Origin: Plasmodiophora brassicae
Lineage: Eukaryota
Direction of reading: 5' to 3'
NCBI GenBank assembly: GCA_036867785.1
Contig: CP145422.1
Coordinates: forward strand, 372,001 to 436,000
DNA length: 64,000 bases
Shown here piece after piece: positions 31,349 through 42,735 of this stretch. Numbering within the stretch: position 1 is the stretch's first letter; each line of letters begins with the position of its first letter. Below the pieces are notes generated by a model, which was not told the origin of the DNA, did not search any database, and saw only the letters and a list, made by a program, of their open reading frames with translations. Position numbers and translations under genes: made by a program.

Positions 31349-34300
31349 ATGGCTGCAGGGGCGACGCGCGAATCGGTGTCGATGATCGACGAGGACTTGA
31401 CTGAGGTTACAGCGCGACTAGACGCGCTGCAGCCGGTGGTCGAGAGCGGTGACGAAGACCATTCGGTCTACGAATACCCGGATGAACAGTCGGGACTGCC
31501 AGACGGCAACAGCGCTGTCGACGCAGCCCGCATCGCCAGCATAGCCAAGGTGGACAAGGCGGCCAAGGCCCCTGAACTCAGGCTATGTGATGGTAAAAGC
31601 ATCAACAAGTGGTTTGATGCTCTGAAGCGACACACAGAGTACCTTAACAGATTGGGCGTACTCCGGAGTCGTGCACCGCTTCGGGAAATGATCGACGAGG
31701 ATCTGCTACCAGTTCTCCTACGCAGCGCGGGTGAACTTCACTGGACCTCGGAAGACGTTCCCGATGACGTTATCGAGCGGATGCTACGTGGCTGGCAGAT
31801 GGCCCAGGCGCCTGCTCAGAGCGGATCATACTGGACGTACTTCGACTCTCTGCGCATGAACAAAAGCATCCAAGATGCTAGGGCGCGGGTGCTCGACTAT
31901 GGTCGACAGCTGGTGAAGATCGTCAAGGACCGTAACCTTGGGGAAATCTTCTCGGGGGAGCAGGGACTCAAGAAGAAGGTCGACATCCTCATGCAGGGAA
32001 TCTACCCCCCTGAGCTCAAGACGCGCATGAAGGAGCTGCTGGAAACGACTGAGAAGCACCTCAAGTCGGATCCGGACGCGTTCTTCAAGCGTCTTGAGGA
32101 GAAAGCTATTGCTTTCGACGAGGTGCGGCGTGCACAGAGCATGTCCCGTTTCGATGGTGCATCGCGACAGACTGCGATCGCGCCACGCAGCGCCCTCACC
32201 ATCCCCAAGAAGAGGAAGGAGAAGGAGCAGCCCATGCCGGCGGAGGAACAAGCCCTCAAGAAGCTGAAGCGTGGCAAAGAGGAAGGCGAATTGCCCCAAT
32301 GCTGGTTCTGCAAGGGCGAGCACCGCCTAAGGCAGTGTCCCAAAGCGACCGATGACCAGAAGGAGCGCATCGTCAAGAAGCTGCGAGAGGCGCGCGAAGC
32401 GCGCAAGGAGGCGCGCCCCAGCAGCAGCAGCAATGCCAATAAACCGCAGGATGGCGGCTACATGCGAGTGTCGAAAGTAGACACCCGATTAGAAAGTAGC
32501 GCTGAGCGGCATGGCGACAACCAGATCGTAGTTGGCGTAGGAAAAACAGACGGCAAGTGGCCGGGCATCCTTGACAGTGGAGCGGAGCGCACGCTGATAC
32601 CGATGTCGATGGCCATGCGAATTGCCGAATTGGATCCAAACACAGACATGAGAGAACTGGAAGCACCGGTAACACTGATTCTAGCCGACAGTGAGCAAGC
32701 AATTGGGAAAGCCACCCACGAAATCAAAGTGGACTTGTCGCTGCAGACACGTGCTGGGAAGCTGCAGATTCCCAAGCACACCTGTCTTGTATGGGATGTG
32801 CCGGCAGAACATATCTACTTGGGTCTCGATTTGCTTGAGGACCTTGGAATAGATCCAGCCTCAGCTCTGGAGCATTTGATCGCATATCAGCAAGCAACCA
32901 GCGACAACGAATCGCTAACTGATGATCAGATGTACGAAGATGTTGAAATAGGAGACATCATTCCAGAGGACATACGTGAAGGCATCAGAGAAGCGATCGG
33001 CCGATCCATCAGCAATGGGCTTCCACGACGGTGGAGAAGAAAGCTCACGAAGTTAGCCTTCAGGTATTGGAACGTATTTCGAACTAAGCTGGGACCCGAC
33101 CCGCCGGCGAAGGTAGCGCCTTTCAGGACAAAGCTGAAGGTCAACGCTCGCAAAGTGCGATGTAAGGCGAGGCGGTACAGCAAGGAACAGAGCGAGTTCC
33201 TACAGCAGTTCGTGAATCTGTTGGAGAAATATGGGCTTATCTACGAGAACCCCAACGCTGAATGGGCATCGCCTGTTGTGGTTGTACGAAAGCCTGGCAA
33301 CAGAGGATGGAGAATGTGTGTTGACTTACGGGAGGTCAATGCCATGTGTGAGGCAACTGCTTGGCCAATGCCGTTTCTGGAAGCCATTGTACAGCACCTA
33401 GCCGGGTCGAAGTACTGGTTCAGCCTTGACGCATTCAAGGGGTTTTGGCTAATGCCACTGGCCGAAGAGTGCCAGGAGCTCTTCTCATTCATGACAGATA
33501 GGGGAGTTTACACACCAACACGATCGATGCAGGGTGCGCTAAACTCGTCGCCACAATTCCAGGGCAGCATCACAGGAATCTTCAAGGAGCTCCTGATGCG
33601 TGCCATCATTATCTGGATTGACGACATTCTCGGTCATGCAGCCACTGAGGAGGAATGGTACAGTGTATTAGAAAGGACACTGCAGTTGGCCGACAAGCAC
33701 AACCTGAAATTCAACATTGCGAAATGTGAATTCTTCCAGAGGGAGGCGAAGTTCGGGGGACGCATATTCACGCCTGAAGGGGTGTCGCATGACCCAGACA
33801 GAATTCGGACGTTGCAACAGATGCAATATCCCAGAACCGCAGCGGATCTGCAGCAATTCTTGAATGCGGCTCAGTGGATGAGCAGGTCCATCCCCGAATT
33901 CAGCAGAATCGCCCTTCCTTTGCAGCAGATCTTTGAGAAGGCCATGAAGAACCAACCTATGCGCACAAAGTCAGTCGCGCAAGGCGTTCAACTGAGGAAA
34001 CATGGTTGGGGTCAAACCGAGGAGAAGGCGTTTGACGAGCTCAAAGAAATCATTGGGCGGAACACGCAGTTGAACTATCCACGCCAGGACAGGATTCAGT
34101 GTGTGTTTTCGGATGCGAGCAAATTCCACAGGGCCGGCATGGTCACGCAGATACCCATGGAAGATGCAGATCTACCAATATGGGAGGCGCGACATGAACC
34201 GCTGGGCTTCTCGGGACACAGATTCGCAGGTAGCGAATTGAATTGGGCAACCGTTGACAAGGAAGCCAGCGGGCTGCTCGATGTCATCGAGAAACTGGAT

Positions 34301-36445
34301 TATTTGCTGCAGACGGGGAAGCCATTCCGCCTGTACACAGACCATAAGAATCTCCAGCACATATATGACCCACGGAAGTGTACCCAACCGACTGCCGAGC
34401 GCTTAGAACGATGGGGCATGAAGTTGAGGAAGTACAACTTCGAAATATACCACATTCCGGGGATCAAGAATGTGTGGACCGACCTTCAGACGAGGTGGGG
34501 TGTGGACGCCAACACACGGGGAGAACACGATCTTGAGGAGCAAGCCCTCACTGGCCGAGTGAAACCGGAAGATTGTGTGAACGTCTTCAGGATCATTCAA
34601 GTGCAGAGTATCCGGGATGACCAGAACGATCAGCCTGCGGCTGTGGGTAGTATCCGGGCCTCGCCTGCGGCTATGCACAGTATCCGGGAGGATCGGGATG
34701 GGCAATCTGGTCAGGATGGTCAGCCTGCGGCTGCGTGCAGTATCCGGGCTTCGCCTGCGGCTGTACACAGTATCCGGGAGGATCAGAATGATCAGCCTGC
34801 GGCTATGCATGCTAGTGAAGCAGCGAATTGGGAAAGTGCAAGTGGCAGATTCAGGGTCCAGCCGACACTGAATGACAAGCTAACCTGGCCGACAGTCGCA
34901 GAGATTGTGCGTCAACAGGATGAGCTACTGGCAGAGGATGAGAAGACTGGACTGACGAGAAACGCAGAGGGACTCTGGGTCAACAGTCAGGGACAAGCGA
35001 TCATTCCACACGCCGACACTGACCTTAGAGTAAGGTTGACAGTGATCGCGCATGCTGGTGGACTAGCCCACAACGGAATGAACGTGACGACCAACATCCT
35101 ACAGGAGCAGTTCTACTGGAAGGGAATGAGAAACGACGTGGAGCGCATTTGCAAAGGATGCTTACATTGTCTCCCAACCAGAGGAGGGAACATCATCCAC
35201 AGGCCATTGGGGAAGGCGTGTCATGCAACAGCACCGGGACAGGTCGTACACATGGATTTCTTGTACATCATGCCGACCAAACAGCAGGCCGCCCATGATT
35301 TCAAGTGGGTCCTAGTACTCAAAGACGACTTCTCGGGTCTGGTGCATCTGGTACCTGCAGCGGTGCCAGACACGTTAGTAACCGTGCAGACCCTAATGGA
35401 ATGGAGTTCAAAATCCGGCACGCCCGACATACTGGTGTCCGACCAGGCAGCGTACTTCATGTCGGAACTCATGCGGGAGTACAACAAGCTGTGCGGTGTC
35501 GAGCAGCACTGGACAACAGCATGGACTCACTTTCCAAATGGAACTGTAGAAGTTGTCAATAAGCACATATTGGCATTGTTCCGAGCAATCTGTTCTCACC
35601 TGAGGTGGCAGAAAGAGGAGTGGCCGTGGCTGCTCAAACTCGTTGAGTATACACTCAACCACCGTCCTCAGAAGAGACTAGGATGGCGAGCGCCAATCAC
35701 AGTCCACACCGGCAGGAAGAACGACACACCATTGAACAGAATTCAATGTGTGCGGCATCTGACCGGAGAGCTCGTGCGGCAGAAACCATTGGCAACTGAG
35801 GAAATCGTCAAGTTGACGGATGAACTCATTGATGCATTAGTGATGATGCACAAGGAAGTTGCCGAGGGAACAGAAGCCGAGAGAAGCAACCGAAGACAGA
35901 AAACTTCAGAAAGCAGACTGAAGATTAACTTCGGGTTGGGCGATTATGTCCTGATCAGCAAGGAGCTGGTACGGGCTGGCGAAAAATTGTTTCTGAAATG
36001 GAAAGGCCCATATCAGATTATCAATGCTGAACGTGGATACGTATTCGAAGTGAAGAACCTGGTCAATGGTGACACCCGAATCGTACACGGAAGCAGAATG
36101 CGGCTATACGCGGACAGCAACCTCAACCTGACCGAAGAACTCAAAGCACAAATCGCGTATGACAACTCCACATGGGAGATAGACGGCATCAGCGACGCGA
36201 GAGTCAACAACAGCAACCAAACTGTGGAGCTACTGGTGCGATGGCGAGGATTCAGTGACGATGAAGCATTGTGGGAGCCGGCGCAAGTGATAATTGAGGA
36301 CGCCCCATCGATGGTCAAAGAATTCATCAGCGAGAACCCACAACACGCACTGGTGGAACAGTTAGCGAACATGCTGGGTGACGAAAAGCAAGCCAAGAAC
36401 ACGAAGCGGCGCAGGGGCGCGAACGGCCAGCGGCGCAGGTCGTGA
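31349..36445 (+). CDS. Gag-Pol polyprotein, 1698 aa (zinc knuckle, protease, RT, RNase H, integrase, chromodomain)
   Basis: CWFCKGEHRLRQC, LDSGA, LDAFKGFW...WIDD, FSDAS...TDHKNL, H..H..C..C + D,D,E integrase, KWKGPY, LVRWRGFSDDEALWEP. Confidence 0.97.
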   Translation: MAAGATRESVSMIDEDLTEVTARLDALQPVVESGDEDHSVYEYPDEQSGLPDGNSAVDAARIASIAKVDKAAKAPELRLCDGKSINKWFDALKRHTEYLNRLGVLRSRAPLREMIDEDLLPVLLRSAGELHWTSEDVPDDVIERMLRGWQMAQAPAQSGSYWTYFDSLRMNKSIQDARARVLDYGRQLVKIVKDRNLGEIFSGEQGLKKKVDILMQGIYPPELKTRMKELLETTEKHLKSDPDAFFKRLEEKAIAFDEVRRAQSMSRFDGASRQTAIAPRSALTIPKKRKEKEQPMPAEEQALKKLKRGKEEGELPQCWFCKGEHRLRQCPKATDDQKERIVKKLREAREARKEARPSSSSNANKPQDGGYMRVSKVDTRLESSAERHGDNQIVVGVGKTDGKWPGILDSGAERTLIPMSMAMRIAELDPNTDMRELEAPVTLILADSEQAIGKATHEIKVDLSLQTRAGKLQIPKHTCLVWDVPAEHIYLGLDLLEDLGIDPASALEHLIAYQQATSDNESLTDDQMYEDVEIGDIIPEDIREGIREAIGRSISNGLPRRWRRKLTKLAFRYWNVFRTKLGPDPPAKVAPFRTKLKVNARKVRCKARRYSKEQSEFLQQFVNLLEKYGLIYENPNAEWASPVVVVRKPGNRGWRMCVDLREVNAMCEATAWPMPFLEAIVQHLAGSKYWFSLDAFKGFWLMPLAEECQELFSFMTDRGVYTPTRSMQGALNSSPQFQGSITGIFKELLMRAIIIWIDDILGHAATEEEWYSVLERTLQLADKHNLKFNIAKCEFFQREAKFGGRIFTPEGVSHDPDRIRTLQQMQYPRTAADLQQFLNAAQWMSRSIPEFSRIALPLQQIFEKAMKNQPMRTKSVAQGVQLRKHGWGQTEEKAFDELKEIIGRNTQLNYPRQDRIQCVFSDASKFHRAGMVTQIPMEDADLPIWEARHEPLGFSGHRFAGSELNWATVDKEASGLLDVIEKLDYLLQTGKPFRLYTDHKNLQHIYDPRKCTQPTAERLERWGMKLRKYNFEIYHIPGIKNVWTDLQTRWGVDANTRGEHDLEEQALTGRVKPEDCVNVFRIIQVQSIRDDQNDQPAAVGSIRASPAAMHSIREDRDGQSGQDGQPAAACSIRASPAAVHSIREDQNDQPAAMHASEAANWESASGRFRVQPTLNDKLTWPTVAEIVRQQDELLAEDEKTGLTRNAEGLWVNSQGQAIIPHADTDLRVRLTVIAHAGGLAHNGMNVTTNILQEQFYWKGMRNDVERICKGCLHCLPTRGGNIIHRPLGKACHATAPGQVVHMDFLYIMPTKQQAAHDFKWVLVLKDDFSGLVHLVPAAVPDTLVTVQTLMEWSSKSGTPDILVSDQAAYFMSELMREYNKLCGVEQHWTTAWTHFPNGTVEVVNKHILALFRAICSHLRWQKEEWPWLLKLVEYTLNHRPQKRLGWRAPITVHTGRKNDTPLNRIQCVRHLTGELVRQKPLATEEIVKLTDELIDALVMMHKEVAEGTEAERSNRRQKTSESRLKINFGLGDYVLISKELVRAGEKLFLKWKGPYQIINAERGYVFEVKNLVNGDTRIVHGSRMRLYADSNLNLTEELKAQIAYDNSTWEIDGISDARVNNSNQTVELLVRWRGFSDDEALWEPAQVIIEDAPSMVKEFISENPQHALVEQLANMLGDEKQAKNTKRRRGANGQRRRS

Positions 36446-36753
36446 ATGCACGTGGAGGCATGGGAAGGACGACTGGGTTTTTAGACGTGGTTTTAGCGGG
36501 TGCGAGCCTCGCAGTACCTTGGGCAAGCCGCTCATGGTCTCAGGGCCGGCCGGTCGTCATCGCGAAGAGCGCCAGCGACGACAGGTGTCCCGTCACAGCC
36601 ATGACGGGACTGGGGAAAACATAACCCACGGTGAATGATTTCCACGGCATTTTTGACAGTGCGGTCGCCCATGAGGAGTGCAACGAAGCAGATCTACTCT
36701 GGACAACAGGCTCAAGTCAAGGATCCGGGGGGCACTTCTGTGAAGGAGGGGAG

Positions 36754-36870
36754 TGTGGCATATATTAGGGCTCATGCCATAGAGCAAGGGCGGCTCGGAT
36801 TCCGGACTCCGTGAGCTGTGGTCGAGGCTAGATAAACAGACTGCATATTGCCTAGCCGGAATACGACACA
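36754..36870 (+). repeat. 3' LTR (117 bp)
   Basis: Follows the PPT; matches the 5' LTR. Confidence 0.95.
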
Positions 36871-37565
36871 CTTTCCCAAGAAACGGATCCCGCAGAAGAT
36901 GGCAGGTAGAGTAAACAGGCGATGTGAGTTGCACCGATGCCTTTGTAAAATGACCCACTGACGGAAGCTCCAGGAGGGCAACCTTCAGTTCTGGCTGCCA
37001 GGCAGCTACCCCACAATCTAAAAATATCCCAGGCGGAGAGTTCGCTGAGGAATTCGCCAAGGAGTTCACTACGGACGTATCCCCGAGCACTCGGTGGACC
37101 TAGCAACCACAGGTGAAGGATTTCCACATCGTTTTGAATCGAAAGCGGCAGTAGTGCGTGCTGCTACATGAGGCGTATCTTCCGGTTCTCTGAACATTAT
37201 CGGTTGGTAAGCCCTCCGAAATCCGCTGCTGGACATGCACTCTGCAGTGGCGGCCCAGTTGCGTTCGGGCAAACACGAGCGCAAGAACGTGGCTCATATG
37301 CCTACAGATTGCCATTGGAGACAGACCCAAGGACGGGGGATTGATGATAGCGACCAGCGTTGACGGTGAGGGCAACACCTGCTGCTGTCGCGGGTGGCAG
37401 CATATGGGAGTTGACGCCGTCCATAATTCGCTGAAGAGGGCAGCCTGTGAGTTGGCGGCCGCGGCAGCAGGCGCAGCAGCAGGTAAGTTTATTGTACCTT
37501 GTGCTATGTTCAGGTGTTGGTACGTCGGGTGGTGCCACGCAGTCCGTCACGGACTCCGTGGTCTA

Positions 37566-38260
37566 ATGGGAAACCTGCAGGAGGATAAGGTTCTTTTGAA
37601 TGTAGCCATCCCACCGGCGTTGCTCTCGCAGCCGAAGCTCTCTGCACAAGTCGCTCTCAACGATCTACTTCTGACGTAAGTCTGCTCGTCTTCGTATGCG
37701 TGGCCTCTGCCACTGAGCTCAACAATTAGCTACGTCCCTGATCTGTCCGGCATTGTCCTCGCGTATTCCGACGTCAAGTTTACGCTGCGATTCGGCCGCA
37801 TCGTCTACGATTCGCCCATCATCAAGGCTCGTGCACAGGCGAAGCTTCTAGTTTGCCGCATATCGCTAGGGGAATCAATCCGTATGTCTGAATCATTGCT
37901 GCCTGGTTACTCTTTTCCTAACTGATCATGTCGGCCCTATACTCAGCCTGTGTCGTTTCGCAATCCACGTCCGAGTTCCTTGGCCTTCTGTTCCTCGACA
38001 TCTTCCATGTGTCGGTCCCGGCGAGAAACATTCACGGCGCTACGTTCTCGGATGGTTTCTGGAGACACAACGGGAACCCGATCGACATCGGTGCGCCTCT
38101 GAGCGTCGGCGTCGTCTCCATTGCTAACGTCAGTAACCATCTGGTCATCGATGGCCAAATTGAACTTACGACCGGCGACAAACGACCGTCGGAACACGCG
38201 CCACCATCGTCGCCGCCTGCGAAGAAGAAGCGCCGGAAGCAGAGTCGCGACCAGAATTGA
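37566..38260 (+). CDS. RPA43: RNA polymerase I subunit RPA43-like (3 exons)
   Basis: LNDLLLT|YVPDLSGIVLAYSDVK...GRIVYDSP, LGLLFLDIFHVSVP, and a basic C-terminal tail KKKRRK. Confidence 0.8.
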
Positions 38261-38280
38261 TTTTATACAGCGTTGACGAG

Positions 38281-38829
38281 TTATCGTTCCAATATACGCG
38301 CCAGCATTGTCGCGTCGTAGTATCGCCCGAATCGGTACCCGTACCGCTTCATCACGCCTTCGACCTCGAACCCATTGGCCATCAGAGCCCGCGATGACGC
38401 AACGTTGTCCGTCGCCACAACAGCGAAGACACGCGTTACCCCAGCGGGAATATAATGGGTCATGAAGGCGCCGATTGTCGCCGTTATAATGCCACGTCTC
38501 CAATAGGGACGTCCGAGCCAGTACCCAATCTCGGCAGCGTGCGAATCGATGTCATTCAGCGGGCCTCGTTTCAGCCCGATCGCGCCAATGGCTTCCTCGG
38601 CCCCGTCAGCCGTTACGCGAACAACGGCCCTGGAGAATTCCGGATCGCGCTGAACGATGTCGAAGAAGACGCGCGCGGATTCGGGCGTGTACGGCCATGG
38701 GAACCCAGCGCGCATGTATCGCGCCACATTCTCGTCGTTGGCGTGCCGAACCAGACTGTCGGCATCCGTCTCCCGACGCCAATCCCGCAGCACGTACCGG
38801 GCATCGTCGTCCACCTTCACGTCGAACAT
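38281..38829 (-). CDS. GNAT acetyltransferase, RimJ/RimL (Acetyltransf_3) type
   Basis: FPWPYT, AEIGYWLGRPYWRRGI, NVASSRALMANGFEVEG. Intronless. Confidence 0.9.
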   Translation of the reverse strand: MFDVKVDDDARYVLRDWRRETDADSLVRHANDENVARYMRAGFPWPYTPESARVFFDIVQRDPEFSRAVVRVTADGAEEAIGAIGLKRGPLNDIDSHAAEIGYWLGRPYWRRGIITATIGAFMTHYIPAGVTRVFAVVATDNVASSRALMANGFEVEGVMKRYGYRFGRYYDATMLARILER

Positions 38830-39099
38830 CGATTAGTCCCCAAAACCACTGCCAGGCGCCGAAGATAGCAACTGGGGCGTGAACGTTCCAGACGCAACCG
38901 GCGCCCCTGCCGTGTGTGTTTCGCTTTCGACTACCTGCGCTGAAGTTGGTTCGCGCTACGTCCTCATGCAGCCGCCGCATGATGCAATGTGTTGATAATA
39001 TGTTCATCTGCGGGCGCCGATATTCGCGCGTCAGCCTCGAGGGAGAAGTAATTCGAAACATATATTGCATTATCATGGAGGCGCCTCTGAACGCGGAGT

Positions 39100-39747
39100 T
39101 CACCACATCGGGAACCATTTCGTAATTGCCGCTACGACAGAAGATCGATTTCGGTTGTGGGCCGGGAGTGGGTCCGCTGGGGCGGGACGTGCGACAGTAT
39201 TCGCCCCATCGGACGCTTCAGACGTACTGGGAGGCGACGCCTTGGCTTTCTGTCCAGGAGCTTCATCAAAGCAGATGTACACTCGTTGAGAATTCATCAC
39301 GACATTCAAGCGTTTCGAGTACTCGGTGAGCGTCAGCCTATGGACAGCAACTGGCTTGGAACGCAAATCATACGATGTTCGCGGGCTCAGTACACCGTGT
39401 GGAAAAGGCCATCTTGTAGCGCTGACTGTCAGGCTAATCCAAGGGCCTCCGACGTCGAAGTCCAGCACCAAGGCCCCAATATAGATAATGAAGCCGTCCG
39501 GATCGCCGATGTTAATGTCAATAACATCCCCGGGTTTGGAAGTTCGAACAGCCAGGGGCGCCTTTGGGGTGCTGAATATTGTCGCGTTGGTAACCCTGAC
39601 TGATCCGAACGCAAGGCGATGATCCCATTGATGGAATTCCGTGACACTGGGCAGGTCGGTTTCTATGTGGAATGGCCTGCATGCAGCGTCCGTCCACAGA
39701 AGAACGTGAACGGTGGCAACGAGCATCACCATGCGTGCGACGTCCAT
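39100..39747 (-). CDS. Secreted protein; paralog of 7714-8433
   Basis: MVMLVATVHVLLWTDAACRPF signal peptide, shared core with 7714-8433, and TATA ctataaatag ~135 bp upstream. Confidence 0.75.
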   Translation of the reverse strand: MDVARMVMLVATVHVLLWTDAACRPFHIETDLPSVTEFHQWDHRLAFGSVRVTNATIFSTPKAPLAVRTSKPGDVIDINIGDPDGFIIYIGALVLDFDVGGPWISLTVSATRWPFPHGVLSPRTSYDLRSKPVAVHRLTLTEYSKRLNVVMNSQRVYICFDEAPGQKAKASPPSTSEASDGANTVARPAPADPLPAHNRNRSSVVAAITKWFPMW

Positions 39748-40135
39748 ACTGTCCAGTTTGAGCGCCCGACGCAATCTTGTCTTGACTGACCTCGTGAGCG
39801 TAATATCGCGACTGACGATCGCGCCCGTCGACCGCCCGCAATGGCCGAGCTGATGCCGACGCGCCGTTTTGGTGACCCTCCTATAAATAGGCCAGGTGGG
39901 CAGCTCACGAAGGCACCCTACCCGTCACCCCGGGAACTCGCGGTACCCTATGAATCGTCGACCGGCCACACGGATGGCTCCGCAGGATGCCGACTGCCCG
40001 CCTGGGTGCGACGGGTGGCCGCCGGCGACCCGCTTGGCGGCCTGCTGCTACTGGGTGGGTCCAGCCCGCCACCATGCGTGACGCGTGACAACAACTGCGT
40101 GATCACGGCCGGTTCGGCCACCGATGATTTTCGAA

Positions 40136-41327
40136 CTACAGTGCAAGGGAGGTGTTCAAGTCGTCGTTCGCAGCAGCCGCGCCACCGTTACCCGACATGG
40201 ATGTTCGCTGAGAGTGATCACCCTCCATGTTGTCCGTTGTTTCCATGGCTCCTGGAACTGGTGCTGCATCAATCATCGCTTCCAGCCGATTCATTTCCAA
40301 CTGTTTCTTTTGCAACTGGATACGCGCATCAATAAGCGCCTGCTGTCGCTGGAGGTGCAGGTACCCCATTGATTCGGCAGACGGTTCGCCACCACTCACA
40401 AACAGCTGCAGATTGAGATTGTCGCGCGCGACTGCTGCCCTCTGGCGTGCGATCTCGTTCTTGGTTTCATAAGCCTTGCCAATCTTGATGAGGCATTCAC
40501 GAATATCACGATCCGGATCAGCATTAGCGTCGTCCTTCCCGTACTTTTATCCTTTTCGCCTTCTTTTTGCCGACAGTCGGGCGCTGGGACATCGCCAATG
40601 AGCTCGTTGATCCTCCCGTGTCGCCGGATTCGGCAGCCTCATTGACTGGATGATCATCAAGCAGCAGCGCTCGCTTCATGGTCGGCGTCAGGCGTGACGT
40701 GTCCACAGAGAACTTCGGGAGACTGCGAACCTCCGCCCATGGCAGTTCAAACATGAACCGCTTCTTGCCGCTGCCCTCGTAGTAGTAATTCTTCGCAAGT
40801 TCAGTATAGTTGTCCAAATTCCAGCCCGAGTGCTCCTCGCTCAAGGCCTTCTGCATGCATCCGACAAATTTATTGATGCTCTTCTGGATGGCGTTCAGCC
40901 ATCTGGAACGGATGCTTTCCCACGATCGCAGCTGCACAAAGTCGTCAGAGCCCTTAATCAGATCGTGAAACTGCTCGGCAACACGACGATAAAACGTTTC
41001 GCCGTCCTGGTCGGTCCCAACCGAGGCATCCGTTGAAATCGTCCTGTAGGCCCTGGCGATGAGGACGTCCTCGGCGTCGTGAAGTTCTTTGCTCCAGTCT
41101 GCTTCCCTCGACGACAAGCGGCTGTCGCCTCCGACGGGGTCCCGCTCATTTCGACTGCGCGGGGCGCTACCTATACTCCGTGACAGATCTGCTCAGATCT
41201 GTGGTCCCGTTTAAAGACTCTACCTAAACGGTTAGGTATAGGTACAACGGGTGGGGAACGAATTCATTATCAGTATCTCTAAATCTACGGAAAAATTTAG
41301 GTTTAGGTACAACGGGTGGAGATGCTC
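40136..41327 (-). mobile_element. PIF/Harbinger fragment: Myb/NAM-associated gene plus one terminus
   Basis: ORF EDVLIARAYRTISTDASVGTDQDGETFYRRV...WESIRSRW...FELPWAEVRSLPKF...RPTVGKKKAK. Terminus tggagatgctc|taa (GAGCATCTCCA TIR with TAA target) at 41317-41330. No transposase or second TIR seen. Confidence 0.8.
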
Positions 41328-41339
41328 TAAGTAGGAACA

Positions 41340-42735
41340 TTTGGATGACGGCTTAAATGATTCCCAAGCTGCCGTCGCACGAGGACGCCCTGCTCCAGGC
41401 GCTGCATCAGCTGGCGCGGACCGGCGCAAAGGAGAATCTGATGCCTCTGCAAGTCCAGCCGTACAACCAGCCGCATCCCGTGGCGCGTTGTGCCGGCGAA
41501 GACGCGTACGCCATCCTCTCCTGGATCTGCACCCGGCCCGGTACCCGGGCTGCCAGATCCCGTGCCAGGGGTGTGCCGGGCGTTACGGTTCCACCTGGCG
41601 CGTTGCTTCGAGTCCAGGCGCCTGCTGCAGCCGCTGATTGATTGGCGGGTTCGGCTGATGTATCCTGGGCGGGCGGACTACCACAACGCCTTCGACTACG
41701 TGGCGCTGCAACAATTCAAGATTACGACATATTACTCCGGTATGAACCTGAGGCGGCCGATTCGACGACGTTGCCCTGCATCATGGTGACCTGGCGGGAC
41801 CCGACGTTCCGGTTGTCCGACCGCCAGCGCCGGTGGATGCACGTGCTGGGAACGGTGACCCGGGCAACCGTCGCCAAGTGCCTGCACGGGGTGCCGTTGT
41901 CGATTTCGGCCCAGGGCGTGGCGTCGCTTGCCGGCCCGCACTGCATTGCCTTCATTGAGCCGGACGTGGAACATGAACAAGACAACCAGGCCGCCGCCGT
42001 CGCCGCTGAAGCCGTCGTCGACGACGCCCAGCGAGACCCTGATCGCCGCGCCGTCCTGCTGCTCAGGCTGGTCCCGGCCGCGCTGCTGCTCCTGCTGGTG
42101 TCGTCGGACGCGGCCGACCCCGTCCTGCGCCCGGCGCGCGACGTCGATGAGCCGCCCCGTTTACGGTCCCTCCGTCACAGGCACGCGCCGGCAGCAAACG
42201 ACGATCGCCAGCGACCGCAAGGCCGCAGTGGCACCCGCCGTGAGCGCCGCGCCGCCGCCATGAAGACCCTCCTCCACGCCCATCAACAACAGTGGTGCTG
42301 CGCCGCGGTCGGGTACCGTCTCCCCCTTGTTCACCGGCGTCCGCGTCCTCAACTGAGCCAGCGTCGTGTGGTACATCGCCCGCGGCGCGAACCGAGCACC
42401 GCACTGCCGCCGCTCGCCGTATCAGACTGAGCGGCGCAGTGCGTACCGTCACCTAGTGCTCGGGCGATCGGCCATCGCCAGTCGGCCCGGCGGTGCACCA
42501 TCATCGCCGGGCGCCGCACGCCTGTTTATTCACCATAAACATTGAGAATTTCCCAGCGCCGCGGTCCTCGCGCGCGCACCGAGCACCGCACTGCCGCCGC
42601 TCACCATACCGGGCTGAGCGGCGCAGTGCGCGTAATCACTATCTGCTCGTGGCGGCTGGCCCCGCCCGTCGACCCGCCGCGACCACCATCGCAGCAGGCG
42701 TCGCACGCTTAGCTTAGTCTCGCGAATAAACTACA
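41340..42735 (+). mobile_element. Decayed 3' remnant of a probable non-LTR retrotransposon
   Basis: Frameshifted ORF with CQGC...FHLARC knuckle, LIDWRVR and RDPTFRLSDRQRR, homologous to 47178-47990 on the minus strand. Ends near aataaacta. Confidence 0.55.

Larger units (their letters stand above)
31203..36870 (+). mobile_element. Ty3/Gypsy LTR retrotransposon with chromodomain, apparently intact
   Basis: Two 117-bp TG...CA LTRs, polypurine tract gaaggaggggag at 36742-36753, and a single gag-pol ORF. Confidence 0.97.

Noticed and set aside
36871-37550. Possible minus-strand gene fragment right of the 3' LTR
   Set aside because: Interrupted by stops, with no identifiable homology; no missing GST 5' end found here.
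42391-42650. Hammerhead ribozyme
   Set aside because: No CUGANGA...GAAA core in the correct arrangement.
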